Source: a bacterium (GTDB taxonomy: Bacteria; Krumholzibacteriota; Krumholzibacteriia; LZORAL124-64-63). From it: 64,000 nt of DNA. The notes beneath the pieces are model-generated. The model saw only the letters and a program-made list of their open reading frames with translations. It searched no databases and had not been told where the DNA came from. Position numbers and translations under genes: made by a program. The number at the start of each line of letters is the position of its first letter. The first letter of the stretch is position 1. Below, piece after piece: positions 9,008 through 17,541 of the stretch. Location: positions 234,974 through 298,973 of the forward strand of contig JAAEQC010000102.1 in assembly GCA_024231905.1 (NCBI GenBank), written 5' to 3'.

Positions 9008-9451
9008 ATGGACGTCATCCTGATGCAGAGCGTGGACAACCTGGGCGCCATGGGCGAGACCGTGGCCGTGGCCCGGGGCTACGCACGGAATTACCTGATC
9101 CCCCAGGGGCTGGCCGTGGAGGCCAGCGAGGGCTCCAAGAAGGTCGTCGAGGAGCACATGCGCCTCGAGGCCAAGCGCGACGGCGTGCGCAAGGCCGGCG
9201 CCGAGGTCCTGGCAGCCGGCATGGGCGAGCTCTCCTGCACCATCACCGTGCAGGCGGACGAAGAGGACAAGCTCTTCGGTTCCGTCACCGCCCGGGACAT
9301 CGCCGAGAACCTGAGCACCGACGCCGCGACCATCGAGCACCGCCAGGTGGAACTCGAGGAGCCCATCAAGCAGTTGGGCGTCTACACCGTGGACATCCGC
9401 CTGCACGCCGAGGTGGCCGTCCCGGCCAAGGTCTGGGTCGTCAAGACTTGA
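9008..9451 (+). CDS. rplI: 50S ribosomal protein L9
   Basis: MDVILMQSVDNLG..G..V.VA.GYARNYLIPQGLA is canonical L9. AAAAGGTGG RBS lies upstream; ATG 9008 is preferred over TTG 8999. Confidence 0.9.
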   Translation: MDVILMQSVDNLGAMGETVAVARGYARNYLIPQGLAVEASEGSKKVVEEHMRLEAKRDGVRKAGAEVLAAGMGELSCTITVQADEEDKLFGSVTARDIAENLSTDAATIEHRQVELEEPIKQLGVYTVDIRLHAEVAVPAKVWVVKT

Positions 9452-9464
9452 GCGGGGTGACGTC

Positions 9465-10565
9465 GTGACGTCCCCCACCGATTCTGTGTCCGCCCGTGTG
9501 CCCGGCGTGTGCGTCATCATGGCCGGTGGCCGTGGCACGCGCTTCTGGCCCCTGAGCCGTGCGGCCCTGCCCAAGCAGTTGCTGCCCCTGGCGACCGGGG
9601 CCAGCCTACTGCGGGACACCTACGACCGTGTGGCGCCCCTGGTGGGCCCCGACCGTATCCTCGTGATCACGGGCGCTGCCCTGGCCGACGACGTGCGCCG
9701 CGAGCTACCCGACCTGCCTGCTGCCCACGTCATCGGCGAACCGGTCGGACGCAACACCGCTCCCTGCGCCGTACTCGGTGCGGGCCTGGCCGGCAGGCTG
9801 GCGCCCGGCGAGCCGGTGGCCCTCTTGCCCGCTGACCACCTCATCCCCGAAAGCGAAATCTTCGCCTCCGAACTGGGTGCCGCCCTGGACCGGGCCGCCG
9901 GCCGGGAGACCGTGGTCACCCTGGGTATCCGCCCGGACCGGCCCGAGACGGGCTACGGCTACCTCCTGGCGGGGACCGAGCCCGACGCCGGCGGTTTCCT
10001 GCCGGGGGAGGCCTTCGTGGAGAAGCCGGACCGGGCCACGGCCGAGACCTACCTGGCCGGTGGCCGCCACTACTGGAACGGCGGCATTTTCGTCTGGAAC
10101 GCCTCCTGGTTCGCTGAGCAGGCGGCCGCGCATCTGCCGGCGGTCACCGACCGCATGGCCCCGGCGGTGGCGGCCTTCGGAACCGACGGCTTCCCTGCGG
10201 CGTTGGAGGATGCCTACGCCGACTGCCCGGCCGACTCCCTGGACTACGCGGTCATGGAGAAGCTCGCGGGCTTCGAGGTGCTGCCGGCCGGCTTCGGCTG
10301 GTCGGACCTGGGCAGCTGGGATGCCTGGGGCGATCTGGCGCCGGAGCTCACGGGAGGCAACCGTGGCCGGGCCCCGCTCGTAGCGGTCGACGCCACCGGC
10401 AACGTGGTGCGGACAGACGGAAAACTGGTGGCGCTGGTGGGCGTGGACGACCTGGTCGTGGTCGATACGCCGGACGCGCTGCTGGTCTGCCGCAAGGAGG
10501 ATGCCCAACGCATCAAGGCGGTCATCGAACACCTGGAAAAAGACAAGCGGCAGGATCTGCTCTGA
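9465..10565 (+). CDS. manC: Mannose-1-phosphate guanylyltransferase (GDP-mannose pyrophosphorylase, short form without a PMI domain)
   Basis: VIMAGGRGTRFWPLSRAALPKQLLPL and ...GEPVGRNTAPC... are nucleotidyltransferase motifs typical of ManC. GTG start. Confidence 0.75.
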   Translation: MTSPTDSVSARVPGVCVIMAGGRGTRFWPLSRAALPKQLLPLATGASLLRDTYDRVAPLVGPDRILVITGAALADDVRRELPDLPAAHVIGEPVGRNTAPCAVLGAGLAGRLAPGEPVALLPADHLIPESEIFASELGAALDRAAGRETVVTLGIRPDRPETGYGYLLAGTEPDAGGFLPGEAFVEKPDRATAETYLAGGRHYWNGGIFVWNASWFAEQAAAHLPAVTDRMAPAVAAFGTDGFPAALEDAYADCPADSLDYAVMEKLAGFEVLPAGFGWSDLGSWDAWGDLAPELTGGNRGRAPLVAVDATGNVVRTDGKLVALVGVDDLVVVDTPDALLVCRKEDAQRIKAVIEHLEKDKRQDLL

Positions 10566-10594
10566 GCCGGCCGCGCAACGTGAAGGAGAGATTC

Positions 10595-11815
10595 ATGTCC
10601 CGGATCCGTTCCATCCTCATCATCCTGGTTCTGCTGGCGAGCTCGCTGGCCCTGGTCGCCTGCCAGGGAGGCGGGTCGGACACGTTCGAATGGCAGCCGA
10701 TCTACGGCGACGGCGGTCAGGACGGAACCGAGGTCCTGGCACGGGTCGGAGACTTGGAGATCACCCAGAAGGATCTCGACCTGCGGTACGACGAACTGCC
10801 GACCCAGGCCCGGTCCCGCTACGATGGCGAGGAGGGGCAGCGCCTGCTGTTGCAGGAGATGACCAACGAGACGCTGCTGGTCCTGGGCGCGGTGGAGCAG
10901 GAGCTCTTCAATACGCGCGAGGTCCAGCGCACGCTCATCACCACCCGGCGCACGACTCTCGAGCGCGCCATGCGCGGCCTCCACATCGTCGGCGACAAGC
11001 AGCCCTCCGACGAGGAGGTCAAGGAGTTCTTCAACCTGAACCGTGCCGACTACCAGGTCATGGGACGGGTGAACCTGCGCCACATCGAGTGCCTGACGCG
11101 CGAAGATGCCGAGGCTGCCTACGAGCGCCTGCAGTCCACGGCCTGGGAAGACAACTTCGCCCACGTGTCCAACGACTTCAACGTCAACAAGCAGACGCGC
11201 GAGAACGAAGGTATCCTCGGCTGGGTGAACAAGGGTTCCTACGTGCCTTTCATCCCCGATTCGGTCGAGTTCACGACCAAGGCCTACGACCTGCCCATGG
11301 GTATCAACCCCCCCATCAGCGTCGGGGACCGCTGGCACGTCGTCCAGGTGGAGACTCGGGAAGAGGACCGCTCCATGACCTTCCAGGAGGCGCGGGACAC
11401 GGCGCGCGAGCACATGCGGGCCGGCTGGCAGGACCAGCTGGGCGCCGTGTGGCTGGACGAGGCCCGCGTGCGGACGGGCGTCACTTTCCACGGCCGTTTC
11501 GCCCCGGGTGGCGGCTTGACCGTCGACCAGATCTTCGCCCGTGCCATGCTGGTGCCGGACCACAAGCAGAAGTACGATCTCTTCCTGATGATCACCAAGG
11601 AGTTCCCCGATTCGGACCGGGCCGACGACGCCTATTATTGGGGCGCCCAGGCCGCCATGGACGCCTGGCAGGATCGGGTGATGGCCGTCGGCCTCCTGTC
11701 CGAGCTCGTCCAGAAATATCCGGACAGCGAATTCATTGAAGATGCGCGCTACATCGTCGACAATGCCTACGACGAAGCTGTCTGGAATCCGCCGGTTCCC
11801 GGGGGCGGCGAATAG
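10595..11815 (+). CDS. Parvulin-type peptidyl-prolyl cis-trans isomerase lipoprotein (SurA/PrsA-like)
   Basis: Signal peptide plus lipobox (LALVAC). PpiC rotamase signature GILGWVNKGSYVPFIPDSVEF...GDRWHVVQV. AAGGAGAG RBS before ATG 10595. Confidence 0.75.
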   Translation: MSRIRSILIILVLLASSLALVACQGGGSDTFEWQPIYGDGGQDGTEVLARVGDLEITQKDLDLRYDELPTQARSRYDGEEGQRLLLQEMTNETLLVLGAVEQELFNTREVQRTLITTRRTTLERAMRGLHIVGDKQPSDEEVKEFFNLNRADYQVMGRVNLRHIECLTREDAEAAYERLQSTAWEDNFAHVSNDFNVNKQTRENEGILGWVNKGSYVPFIPDSVEFTTKAYDLPMGINPPISVGDRWHVVQVETREEDRSMTFQEARDTAREHMRAGWQDQLGAVWLDEARVRTGVTFHGRFAPGGGLTVDQIFARAMLVPDHKQKYDLFLMITKEFPDSDRADDAYYWGAQAAMDAWQDRVMAVGLLSELVQKYPDSEFIEDARYIVDNAYDEAVWNPPVPGGGE

Positions 11816-11852
11816 CCCTCCCCCCGGGCGACCGGGACGAGGAGGGTAATCG

Positions 11853-12260
11853 ATGAGGAAGCCATTCTTGATGTGTGCCCTGGCGGTGCTCCTGGCGGCT
11901 CTCCCCTGCGGGAGCGCCGGGGCCGCCGAGGCGGACAGCGTGCGCGTGGACCTGGTCTTCGGCACGGACGTGGACCGCGAGACCCGCGACATCGTCGGCG
12001 AGGCTGTGTTCTTCGCCCCCGACGTGGAGCGGGTCTTCTGCATGACACGGGTGTGGGGTCTGGCGGGCGATACCAGCGTGACCCACGCCTGGTACCACGA
12101 AGGCGAGACCAAGGCCCGGGTGGATCTGCCCGTGTTCGGCGGGCACTGGCGGACTTGGTCGTCCAAGCTCATCCTGCCGGCCTGGACCGGGGCCTGGGAG
12201 GTCAAGGTGCTGGACGCCGACGGCTCGGTGCTCGCTTCCGCATCTTTCGAGATTCGCTGA
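11853..12260 (+). CDS. Small secreted hypothetical protein (signal peptide; possibly DUF2914-like)
   Basis: N-terminal MRKPFLMCALAVLLAALPCGSAGA signal, GGAGGG RBS, 135 aa, compact coding. Confidence 0.5.
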   Translation: MRKPFLMCALAVLLAALPCGSAGAAEADSVRVDLVFGTDVDRETRDIVGEAVFFAPDVERVFCMTRVWGLAGDTSVTHAWYHEGETKARVDLPVFGGHWRTWSSKLILPAWTGAWEVKVLDADGSVLASASFEIR

Positions 12261-12295
12261 ACCGACGGAATTCGTTGAACGAACCGGGAGACCAC

Positions 12296-14167
12296 ATGAC
12301 GAGGCGCGGGACGGGTCCCATGACGCGGTTTCTGCCGGCCATGCTGGCCGGCCTGGCGGTGTTTCTGGCCGCCGGTTGCGGCGGTACGGGCGGGACCGGG
12401 GCAGGGGGATCCACGACCGGCGCGGGACAGGCCGGGCGCCTGCACTCGCGGGTCGAGACCGCCTACTCTCTCCAACGTGACGGCGAGGTCCTCGACCTCA
12501 TCCGCACCCTGGCCGGACGCTATCCCGGCTACTCCCGCTGCGACGAGGTGCTGGTCATGGGCGTGGGCGCCGCCCGGCGCCTGGACGATACGGACGCGGC
12601 CCTGGCCCTGACCGACCGGCTGCTCCAGCGCCATCCCCACAGTTCGCTCGTGGACCCGGCCCTCCTGCAAGGCGCCGAATTGGCCGTGGCCGCCGGCGAC
12701 ACCCTGCGCGCCTGCAGCTTTCTGCTCGCCTACCATGACCGGGCGCCGAACGGCGGGACCGCTCCGCCGCGCCAGACGTCCTTTTTTCACGGCCTGGGCG
12801 CCGACGACTTGGCCGAACTCGGGACGCACCACGCGAACAGCGAACTCGCTCCCTGGCTGGGTTACCTACGGACCCGCGCCCTGCTCGTGCAGGCCCGTTA
12901 CCCGGCGGCTACGGACCAGGTGGCACGGTTGGAGGCTTCGGCGCCGGAGGCGGACTGGACCGTCCGTGCCCGCGCCCTGCTTTCGGCCCCGACCACGGCC
13001 CTGCGGCGTCCCCTGCCCACCGGTGGCGGCGCCGTGAGCGCCGGCCGCATCGGTGTCTTGGCTCCCCTGACCGGCCGCTATGCCCTCCTGGGCAATGCCT
13101 ACGTGGACGCCTGCATGCTGGCGGTGGTGGCGGCCAACGCCGAGGCCGACAGCGTCTTCGAGCTCCAGGTGGAGGACACGGCCGGTGATCCGGTGGTGGC
13201 GGCTCTGGCCGCACGCCGGCTCTGTGCCGAAGGGGGCAGCATCGCCCTGGTGGGGGCCATGCTGAGTTCCACCACCGCCACGGCCGCCGTGGTGGCCGAC
13301 CAGTGGCAGGTGCCGGTGGTCTCGCCCACGGCTACCAACGACCGGGTGTGGGAACTGGGCGGCGGTATCTACCAGCCGAACCTGACCAGCGTCTACGAGA
13401 TCCGGTTGCTGGCGGAACTGCTGGTGCCGGTTTTGCTGAAAGAGCGCGTGGCGATCCTCCATCCGGACGACCCGGAAGGCCGCCGGCACGCGGAGGTCTT
13501 CCGCACGGAGATCGAATCCGTCGGCGGCGAGATCGTCCACGTGGCCGCCTTCGCTCCCCGCTCGACCGATTTCCGGGCGCCGATCCTGGCCGTGCGCGAA
13601 ACGCGGCCGGAGGTCATCTTCGTGCCGGCCTCCGTGGACCAGATGGCCCTGGTAGCGCCCCAGCTCGACTTCTATCGCTGCGGCTCCCTGGTGGTGGGGT
13701 TGAGCGGCTTCAATAGCCCACGCCTGCTGGAACGGGCCGGCACGGTCCTGGAGGGACTCGTCTTCCCGGACGATCTGGCCCTCTTCCCGGCCAGCTGGAC
13801 CGCCGAATTCAACACGGTCTGGGCCGCGGACGAGCACCCGCAGGAGGCCACGGCCTTGGCCCTGAAGGTGTATCAGGCCACGCGTATGCTGCTGGATACC
13901 CTGCAGCGGAGCGGCGCCGCCGAGCGCTCCCAGTTGACGGCCGCCCTGGGCCTGCGCCTGGCCAACCGGGACGTGGACGCAGCGGGCCCGGAATCCTTCG
14001 CCGAGACCGTGCGCCTGGTGCGCAAGGGTGAGATCGCGCGCTTCCCGGCCGAGGTGTACCGAGAGAGCTGGGAACTCACCGAGGGTGCCCTGGCCGATTC
14101 CCTGGCGGCGGCCGCCGCCGATACGGTCGGGTCCGGATACGACGAGGATCTGTTCGAGGAGGAATGA
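12296..14167 (+). CDS. Lipoprotein with an N-terminal helical TPR-like domain and a C-terminal LivK-type periplasmic-binding fold (LpoA-like architecture)
   Basis: Lipobox LAAGC after the signal peptide, a Gly-rich linker, an alpha-helical repeat region, then a Peripla_BP_6-like domain (GRIGVLAPLTGRYA...VVSPTATNDRV...). The start is placed at ATG 12296; the upstream part of ORF 11873.. overlaps the previous gene. Confidence 0.6.
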   Translation: MTRRGTGPMTRFLPAMLAGLAVFLAAGCGGTGGTGAGGSTTGAGQAGRLHSRVETAYSLQRDGEVLDLIRTLAGRYPGYSRCDEVLVMGVGAARRLDDTDAALALTDRLLQRHPHSSLVDPALLQGAELAVAAGDTLRACSFLLAYHDRAPNGGTAPPRQTSFFHGLGADDLAELGTHHANSELAPWLGYLRTRALLVQARYPAATDQVARLEASAPEADWTVRARALLSAPTTALRRPLPTGGGAVSAGRIGVLAPLTGRYALLGNAYVDACMLAVVAANAEADSVFELQVEDTAGDPVVAALAARRLCAEGGSIALVGAMLSSTTATAAVVADQWQVPVVSPTATNDRVWELGGGIYQPNLTSVYEIRLLAELLVPVLLKERVAILHPDDPEGRRHAEVFRTEIESVGGEIVHVAAFAPRSTDFRAPILAVRETRPEVIFVPASVDQMALVAPQLDFYRCGSLVVGLSGFNSPRLLERAGTVLEGLVFPDDLALFPASWTAEFNTVWAADEHPQEATALALKVYQATRMLLDTLQRSGAAERSQLTAALGLRLANRDVDAAGPESFAETVRLVRKGEIARFPAEVYRESWELTEGALADSLAAAAADTVGSGYDEDLFEEE

Positions 14168-14173
14168 CGTCCG

Positions 14174-14890
14174 TCAGCGTTCGTAATAGGGGCTGCGAAA
14201 ATTCCAGGTCATCTCGATCCAACGCCCGGCCCCGGGATCTACTCGCCAGCCGAAAACCCACTGCCCGATGGCTTCCAGAACCGCCTGGCCGAAGACTTCG
14301 CTGCCGGTGGTGTTGGTGATCATGGCTTCCTGCACCTGGCCGTCGGGCCCCACGAAGACCGCCGCCCGCACCACGATGACCGGCTGGCGCCGCTCGAAGT
14401 CGCTGATGCCGAGGGGATACTCCGGTCGCACCTGGTGGAGGATGAACCAATCGGGATTGGACTGCCGGGGCAGGGCGAGTTCCACCTGGGTGCGCTCGGA
14501 GGTTTCGCCCTCGGCGTAGGTCTCCGAGGGATCGGATTCGCGGCTCTCGTCGGCGCGCTCGGGTGTGGGCTCGGTGGCGTCGGGGGATAGGTCCTCGGGC
14601 TCGATCTCCACCTCGGCCGGCGGCGGCGGAGCCTGCAGGGACTGGGGGAGCTGGTGGATCGCGTCGGAGCCGTCCTCGATGGAGATCTCCGGCATGATGC
14701 GCAGCTCGTCCGGGGCGCCGTAGTATTCGAAGCGCTTCTTGATTTCGTTCTCGTCCGGACCGAGCAGCACCAATCCCACCAGGGCCAGGATCGCTACGGC
14801 CACGGCGGCCAGCAGACGCTTGCCCCCGCCGCTCTTGAAGGCGGCCTGGGCCCGGGTGGTGAAGCTGCGGGGGTGCGACGAAGGGTCCAT
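14174..14890 (-). CDS. TonB-family energy transducer-like protein
   Basis: N-terminal TM anchor, Pro/Glu-rich spacer (PPPPAEVEIEPEDLSPD...), and a C-terminal TonB_C-like domain (VIVVRAAVFVGPDGQV...). The start is placed at MDPSS (ATG complement at 14888-14890). Upstream ORF extensions were rejected. Confidence 0.55.
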   Translation of the reverse strand: MDPSSHPRSFTTRAQAAFKSGGGKRLLAAVAVAILALVGLVLLGPDENEIKKRFEYYGAPDELRIMPEISIEDGSDAIHQLPQSLQAPPPPAEVEIEPEDLSPDATEPTPERADESRESDPSETYAEGETSERTQVELALPRQSNPDWFILHQVRPEYPLGISDFERRQPVIVVRAAVFVGPDGQVQEAMITNTTGSEVFGQAVLEAIGQWVFGWRVDPGAGRWIEMTWNFRSPYYER

Positions 14891-14898
14891 GGTTCCGA

Positions 14899-17265
14899 TC
14901 ACCTGCGCCGCGCCGGGCGTTTCCGGATTTCCACGTAGTCCCATGCGCTTCCGCTTCGTTGCAGTCGTCCCATGCTCCAGCCGTGTCCATCGTGGTATTC
15001 GAGGACGTGTCCGTCCCCGCCCAAGGGAAGTCCGGGCTCTCCCCATGAAACTAGGGCTTCGCCGGGACCGGGACCAACCGGCGCCAGGGGATACCAGGGC
15101 AATTGCCCGTCGATGGTGCCCCAGGTGCGGCCAGGATCGCCGCCATTTCGGGCAGTTAGGCGGTCCAGGACCGCGCTCTCGTAGTGCTTCAGGAGATCCG
15201 GAGTGACCGCGCCGACGATGCCGCGTAACAGGGCGCGGGCCTCGGCCGCCTGCCACGCCGGTCCAGCCAGGCGCAGGCCGTCTGACATGGTCGTTGCATG
15301 GGGCAGGTGGACCTCCAGGGCCGGGCAGGACGTGTGGCGCAGGAGATAGGCCCAGGACGGGCCGACGGTGGTCCGCACGCCGGCGGTCCACAGCAGGCTT
15401 AGGGCGCTGTCGGTGGCCGCGGCCCAGGGCTGGCCCATCCGGCTGCCCGGGTGGTGGAAGAGCCGGGCAGTGTCCGGGTGGGCGCTGCGTCCGATGGTGA
15501 GGAAGAAATCGGCTTCCACGCGCTCGGCCAGGGAGATCTTGGCGGTCCCGCCCAGGACTGCGCTCCCGTCCCTGGTCAGGACGGCCGTGGCCCCGAGCCC
15601 CTGGAGCAGGCGGACCAGCTGACGCGCCGTACCCAGATTCACTTCCGCTCCGCGCAGGCCGCCCGGTCCGGTCCGGTCGGCGTCAGCACCGCCGCCCGCC
15701 GGGTCGATCACGAAGGTGAGCCGTTCGAGGGACGGAGCCAGGGCGATCGTGACCGGAGGATCCGTACGGGAACCATCCCCGGCGGGTCCCCGGGCCAGGG
15801 CCTTGCGGCCTGCCGCGGTCCACAGGGCCGTTCCGCCGTCCCGGCGGGGTATGGCCACGCGGCCGGCCGGTGGCGATGGAGGCTGATCGTTCACGAGCCG
15901 GGCCCGCCAGGGCTCCGCCGGGGGCGGCCCGGCCACCGCGGTCCACTGCCAGCCGGCGGGCAGGGCCGCCGTGGCGATCTCGATGCTCACCGCCGTGCTG
16001 TCGGCGGCCAGGAACGCGGGCGCACCGGACAGGTCGTCGGCGGACAGGAGGGCTTCCGGCACGCCGTGGGGGTGCGCGGCCACGGTCGCTCCGCCGGGCC
16101 AGGTGATCCTGCCGGCCGGCGGCGGTGCGCCGGTGGGCGTCAGCCAGCTGACCAGGGCGAGGGATCCGTCCGTGCCGGGACCGTCGAGAGTCACCGTCAT
16201 TTGGAGCACGGTGGCGGCGGCGGGACGTAGCCAGGTGCGCTGTACGGGGGCCGCCCGGCCGGCCAGGTTGCTGCCGCGCAGGACGAGTTCGGCAGCGACG
16301 CCTCCCGCCTGGGGTGGCGCCGTCCACTGGACCGTGCCGCCGTCGAGGGACCGCCGGTGCGCCACCGTCCGGCCATCCAGTTCCAGGGAGAACGAGGCCG
16401 GGTCGCCGGCGGGAGAACCCTCGGCGCCGGCGCCCGGCCGCCGCTCCGGCGCGAATACCCACTTCAGGTCCGATCCGGCAGGCCCCACGGTCAGCGTGTC
16501 CGGCTGGAGCGCCTGCCAGCCCGGATCGCCGGCGGCGAAGTACTCCAGCAGGCCCAGGAAGTAGGCTTCGGCCTCCAGGCGCTGTTTGGCCGCCCGGGAG
16601 AGCAGGTCGGCAACGCCCGGGTGGGAGATCATGGCCGGTTCGCCCAGGACTGCCGGTACGGTGGCGTCCCGCAGCACCCGGAAATTGCCGGGCAGAATCC
16701 GGGCCGGAGCGATCTCCAGGTTCTTGACCAGGTGGCGGTGGATGGCCCGGGCCAGGTCCAGGGACGCTCCGTCCGCGCCCAGGGGGTGGTAGGTCTGGGT
16801 CTCGTTGATGGTGGGGTCGTACGAGGCATTGCTGTTGTGGTGAATCGAAAGAAAGACATCGGGTTGTATGGAGTCGGTGAAGGAAACCCTGAAGGCGAGG
16901 TCGCCGGCCAGAGTCGAGTCGGCCGGGGTCAGGAAGTCCCGATCGGCCGTGCGGGTGAGGTGGACGCCGGCGCCCGCCCACTCGAGCAGGCCGCGCAGGT
17001 GGAGGGCCACGCCCAGGTTCACCTCTGCTTCCGTCAGGCCGTTGGGACCCAGGGCGCCGCGGAAATGGCCGCCGTGGCCGGGATCCAGCACCACGATGCG
17101 CCCCTGGAGGGGGCCGAAGTCGGCGGGGCCGAAGGTCTCGCGCAGAGCTTCGTAACCCGGGGGAGCGCCCGGGGGGAGGTCCGGGGCGGGTGGTCCGCCG
17201 CAGCCGCCGCCCAGGGCGGCGAGGGCCAGGAGGCAGGTGGTGGCGGGGGCCATGCGTCGCGTCAT
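14899..17265 (-). CDS. Lipoprotein N-acetylmuramoyl-L-alanine amidase (Amidase_3) with a second, degenerate Amidase_3-like domain
   Basis: Start MTRRMAPATT... with lipobox LGGGCGG. Domain 1 is intact (RIVVLDPGHGG, FLSIHHNS, LGEPAMISHPG). The C-terminal domain is IDPAGGG / TIGRSAH and lacks the His ligands. The 1545-aa ORF 14899..19536 is truncated here because its upstream portion is antisense to selA. Confidence 0.8.
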   Translation of the reverse strand: MTRRMAPATTCLLALAALGGGCGGPPAPDLPPGAPPGYEALRETFGPADFGPLQGRIVVLDPGHGGHFRGALGPNGLTEAEVNLGVALHLRGLLEWAGAGVHLTRTADRDFLTPADSTLAGDLAFRVSFTDSIQPDVFLSIHHNSNASYDPTINETQTYHPLGADGASLDLARAIHRHLVKNLEIAPARILPGNFRVLRDATVPAVLGEPAMISHPGVADLLSRAAKQRLEAEAYFLGLLEYFAAGDPGWQALQPDTLTVGPAGSDLKWVFAPERRPGAGAEGSPAGDPASFSLELDGRTVAHRRSLDGGTVQWTAPPQAGGVAAELVLRGSNLAGRAAPVQRTWLRPAAATVLQMTVTLDGPGTDGSLALVSWLTPTGAPPPAGRITWPGGATVAAHPHGVPEALLSADDLSGAPAFLAADSTAVSIEIATAALPAGWQWTAVAGPPPAEPWRARLVNDQPPSPPAGRVAIPRRDGGTALWTAAGRKALARGPAGDGSRTDPPVTIALAPSLERLTFVIDPAGGGADADRTGPGGLRGAEVNLGTARQLVRLLQGLGATAVLTRDGSAVLGGTAKISLAERVEADFFLTIGRSAHPDTARLFHHPGSRMGQPWAAATDSALSLLWTAGVRTTVGPSWAYLLRHTSCPALEVHLPHATTMSDGLRLAGPAWQAAEARALLRGIVGAVTPDLLKHYESAVLDRLTARNGGDPGRTWGTIDGQLPWYPLAPVGPGPGEALVSWGEPGLPLGGDGHVLEYHDGHGWSMGRLQRSGSAWDYVEIRKRPARRR

Positions 17266-17496
17266 GTTCCATCCTTTCGCGGCGTTGGGTCGTGGACCGA
17301 TCCTAGCGCAGGTCCGGGCCGCTGGAAACCGTCTTCCGCACAGGGCTCCCGCCCGGGGCTGGTGCCTGGACAACCCGTGTCCCGTCTGGTAACTTGGGCC
17401 CTTCGCGGAGGCTCGGCGACCGGGTGCTCCCTGGCCGCTGCGGCGGCCGTTTGTCGTAGGGGTCTGATCGCTCTGTCCGGCGACTCCGCTCGACCG

Positions 17497-17519
17497 TTCT
17501 GTCCGATCATTCTGTCCGA
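17497..17519 (+). promoter_or_regulatory. Direct repeat TTCTGTCCGA x2 (13-nt spacing; a third TCTGTCCG copy at 17472) upstream of selA
   Basis: Seen directly in the 276-bp divergent intergenic region between the amidase and selA. Function is unknown. Confidence 0.2.
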
Positions 17520-17541
17520 CCACTGGGGGCCAACCGGTTTC

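Noticed and set aside
11873-12295. N-terminal 141 codons of ORF 11873..14167 overlapping the small secreted protein gene
   Set aside because: They overlap a compact signal-peptide ORF with a good RBS. The downstream protein has its own ATG, a GGGAGA RBS and a signal peptide with lipobox starting at 12296.
14076-15391. ORFs 14076..14990- and the N-terminal extension of 14174..15391- (MDRRRADHRR...)
   Set aside because: The extension is Arg/Pro/Gly-rich with no features and overlaps the amidase 3' end. The TonB-like protein is started at MDPSS (14890), where the TM anchor begins.
17266-17541. Possible tRNA-Sec (selC) or other tRNA in the spacer upstream of selA
   Set aside because: No acceptor/T-arm (GTTCRANYC-like) structure could be folded by eye, and only short hairpins are present. 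It is left as a regulatory region with direct repeats.
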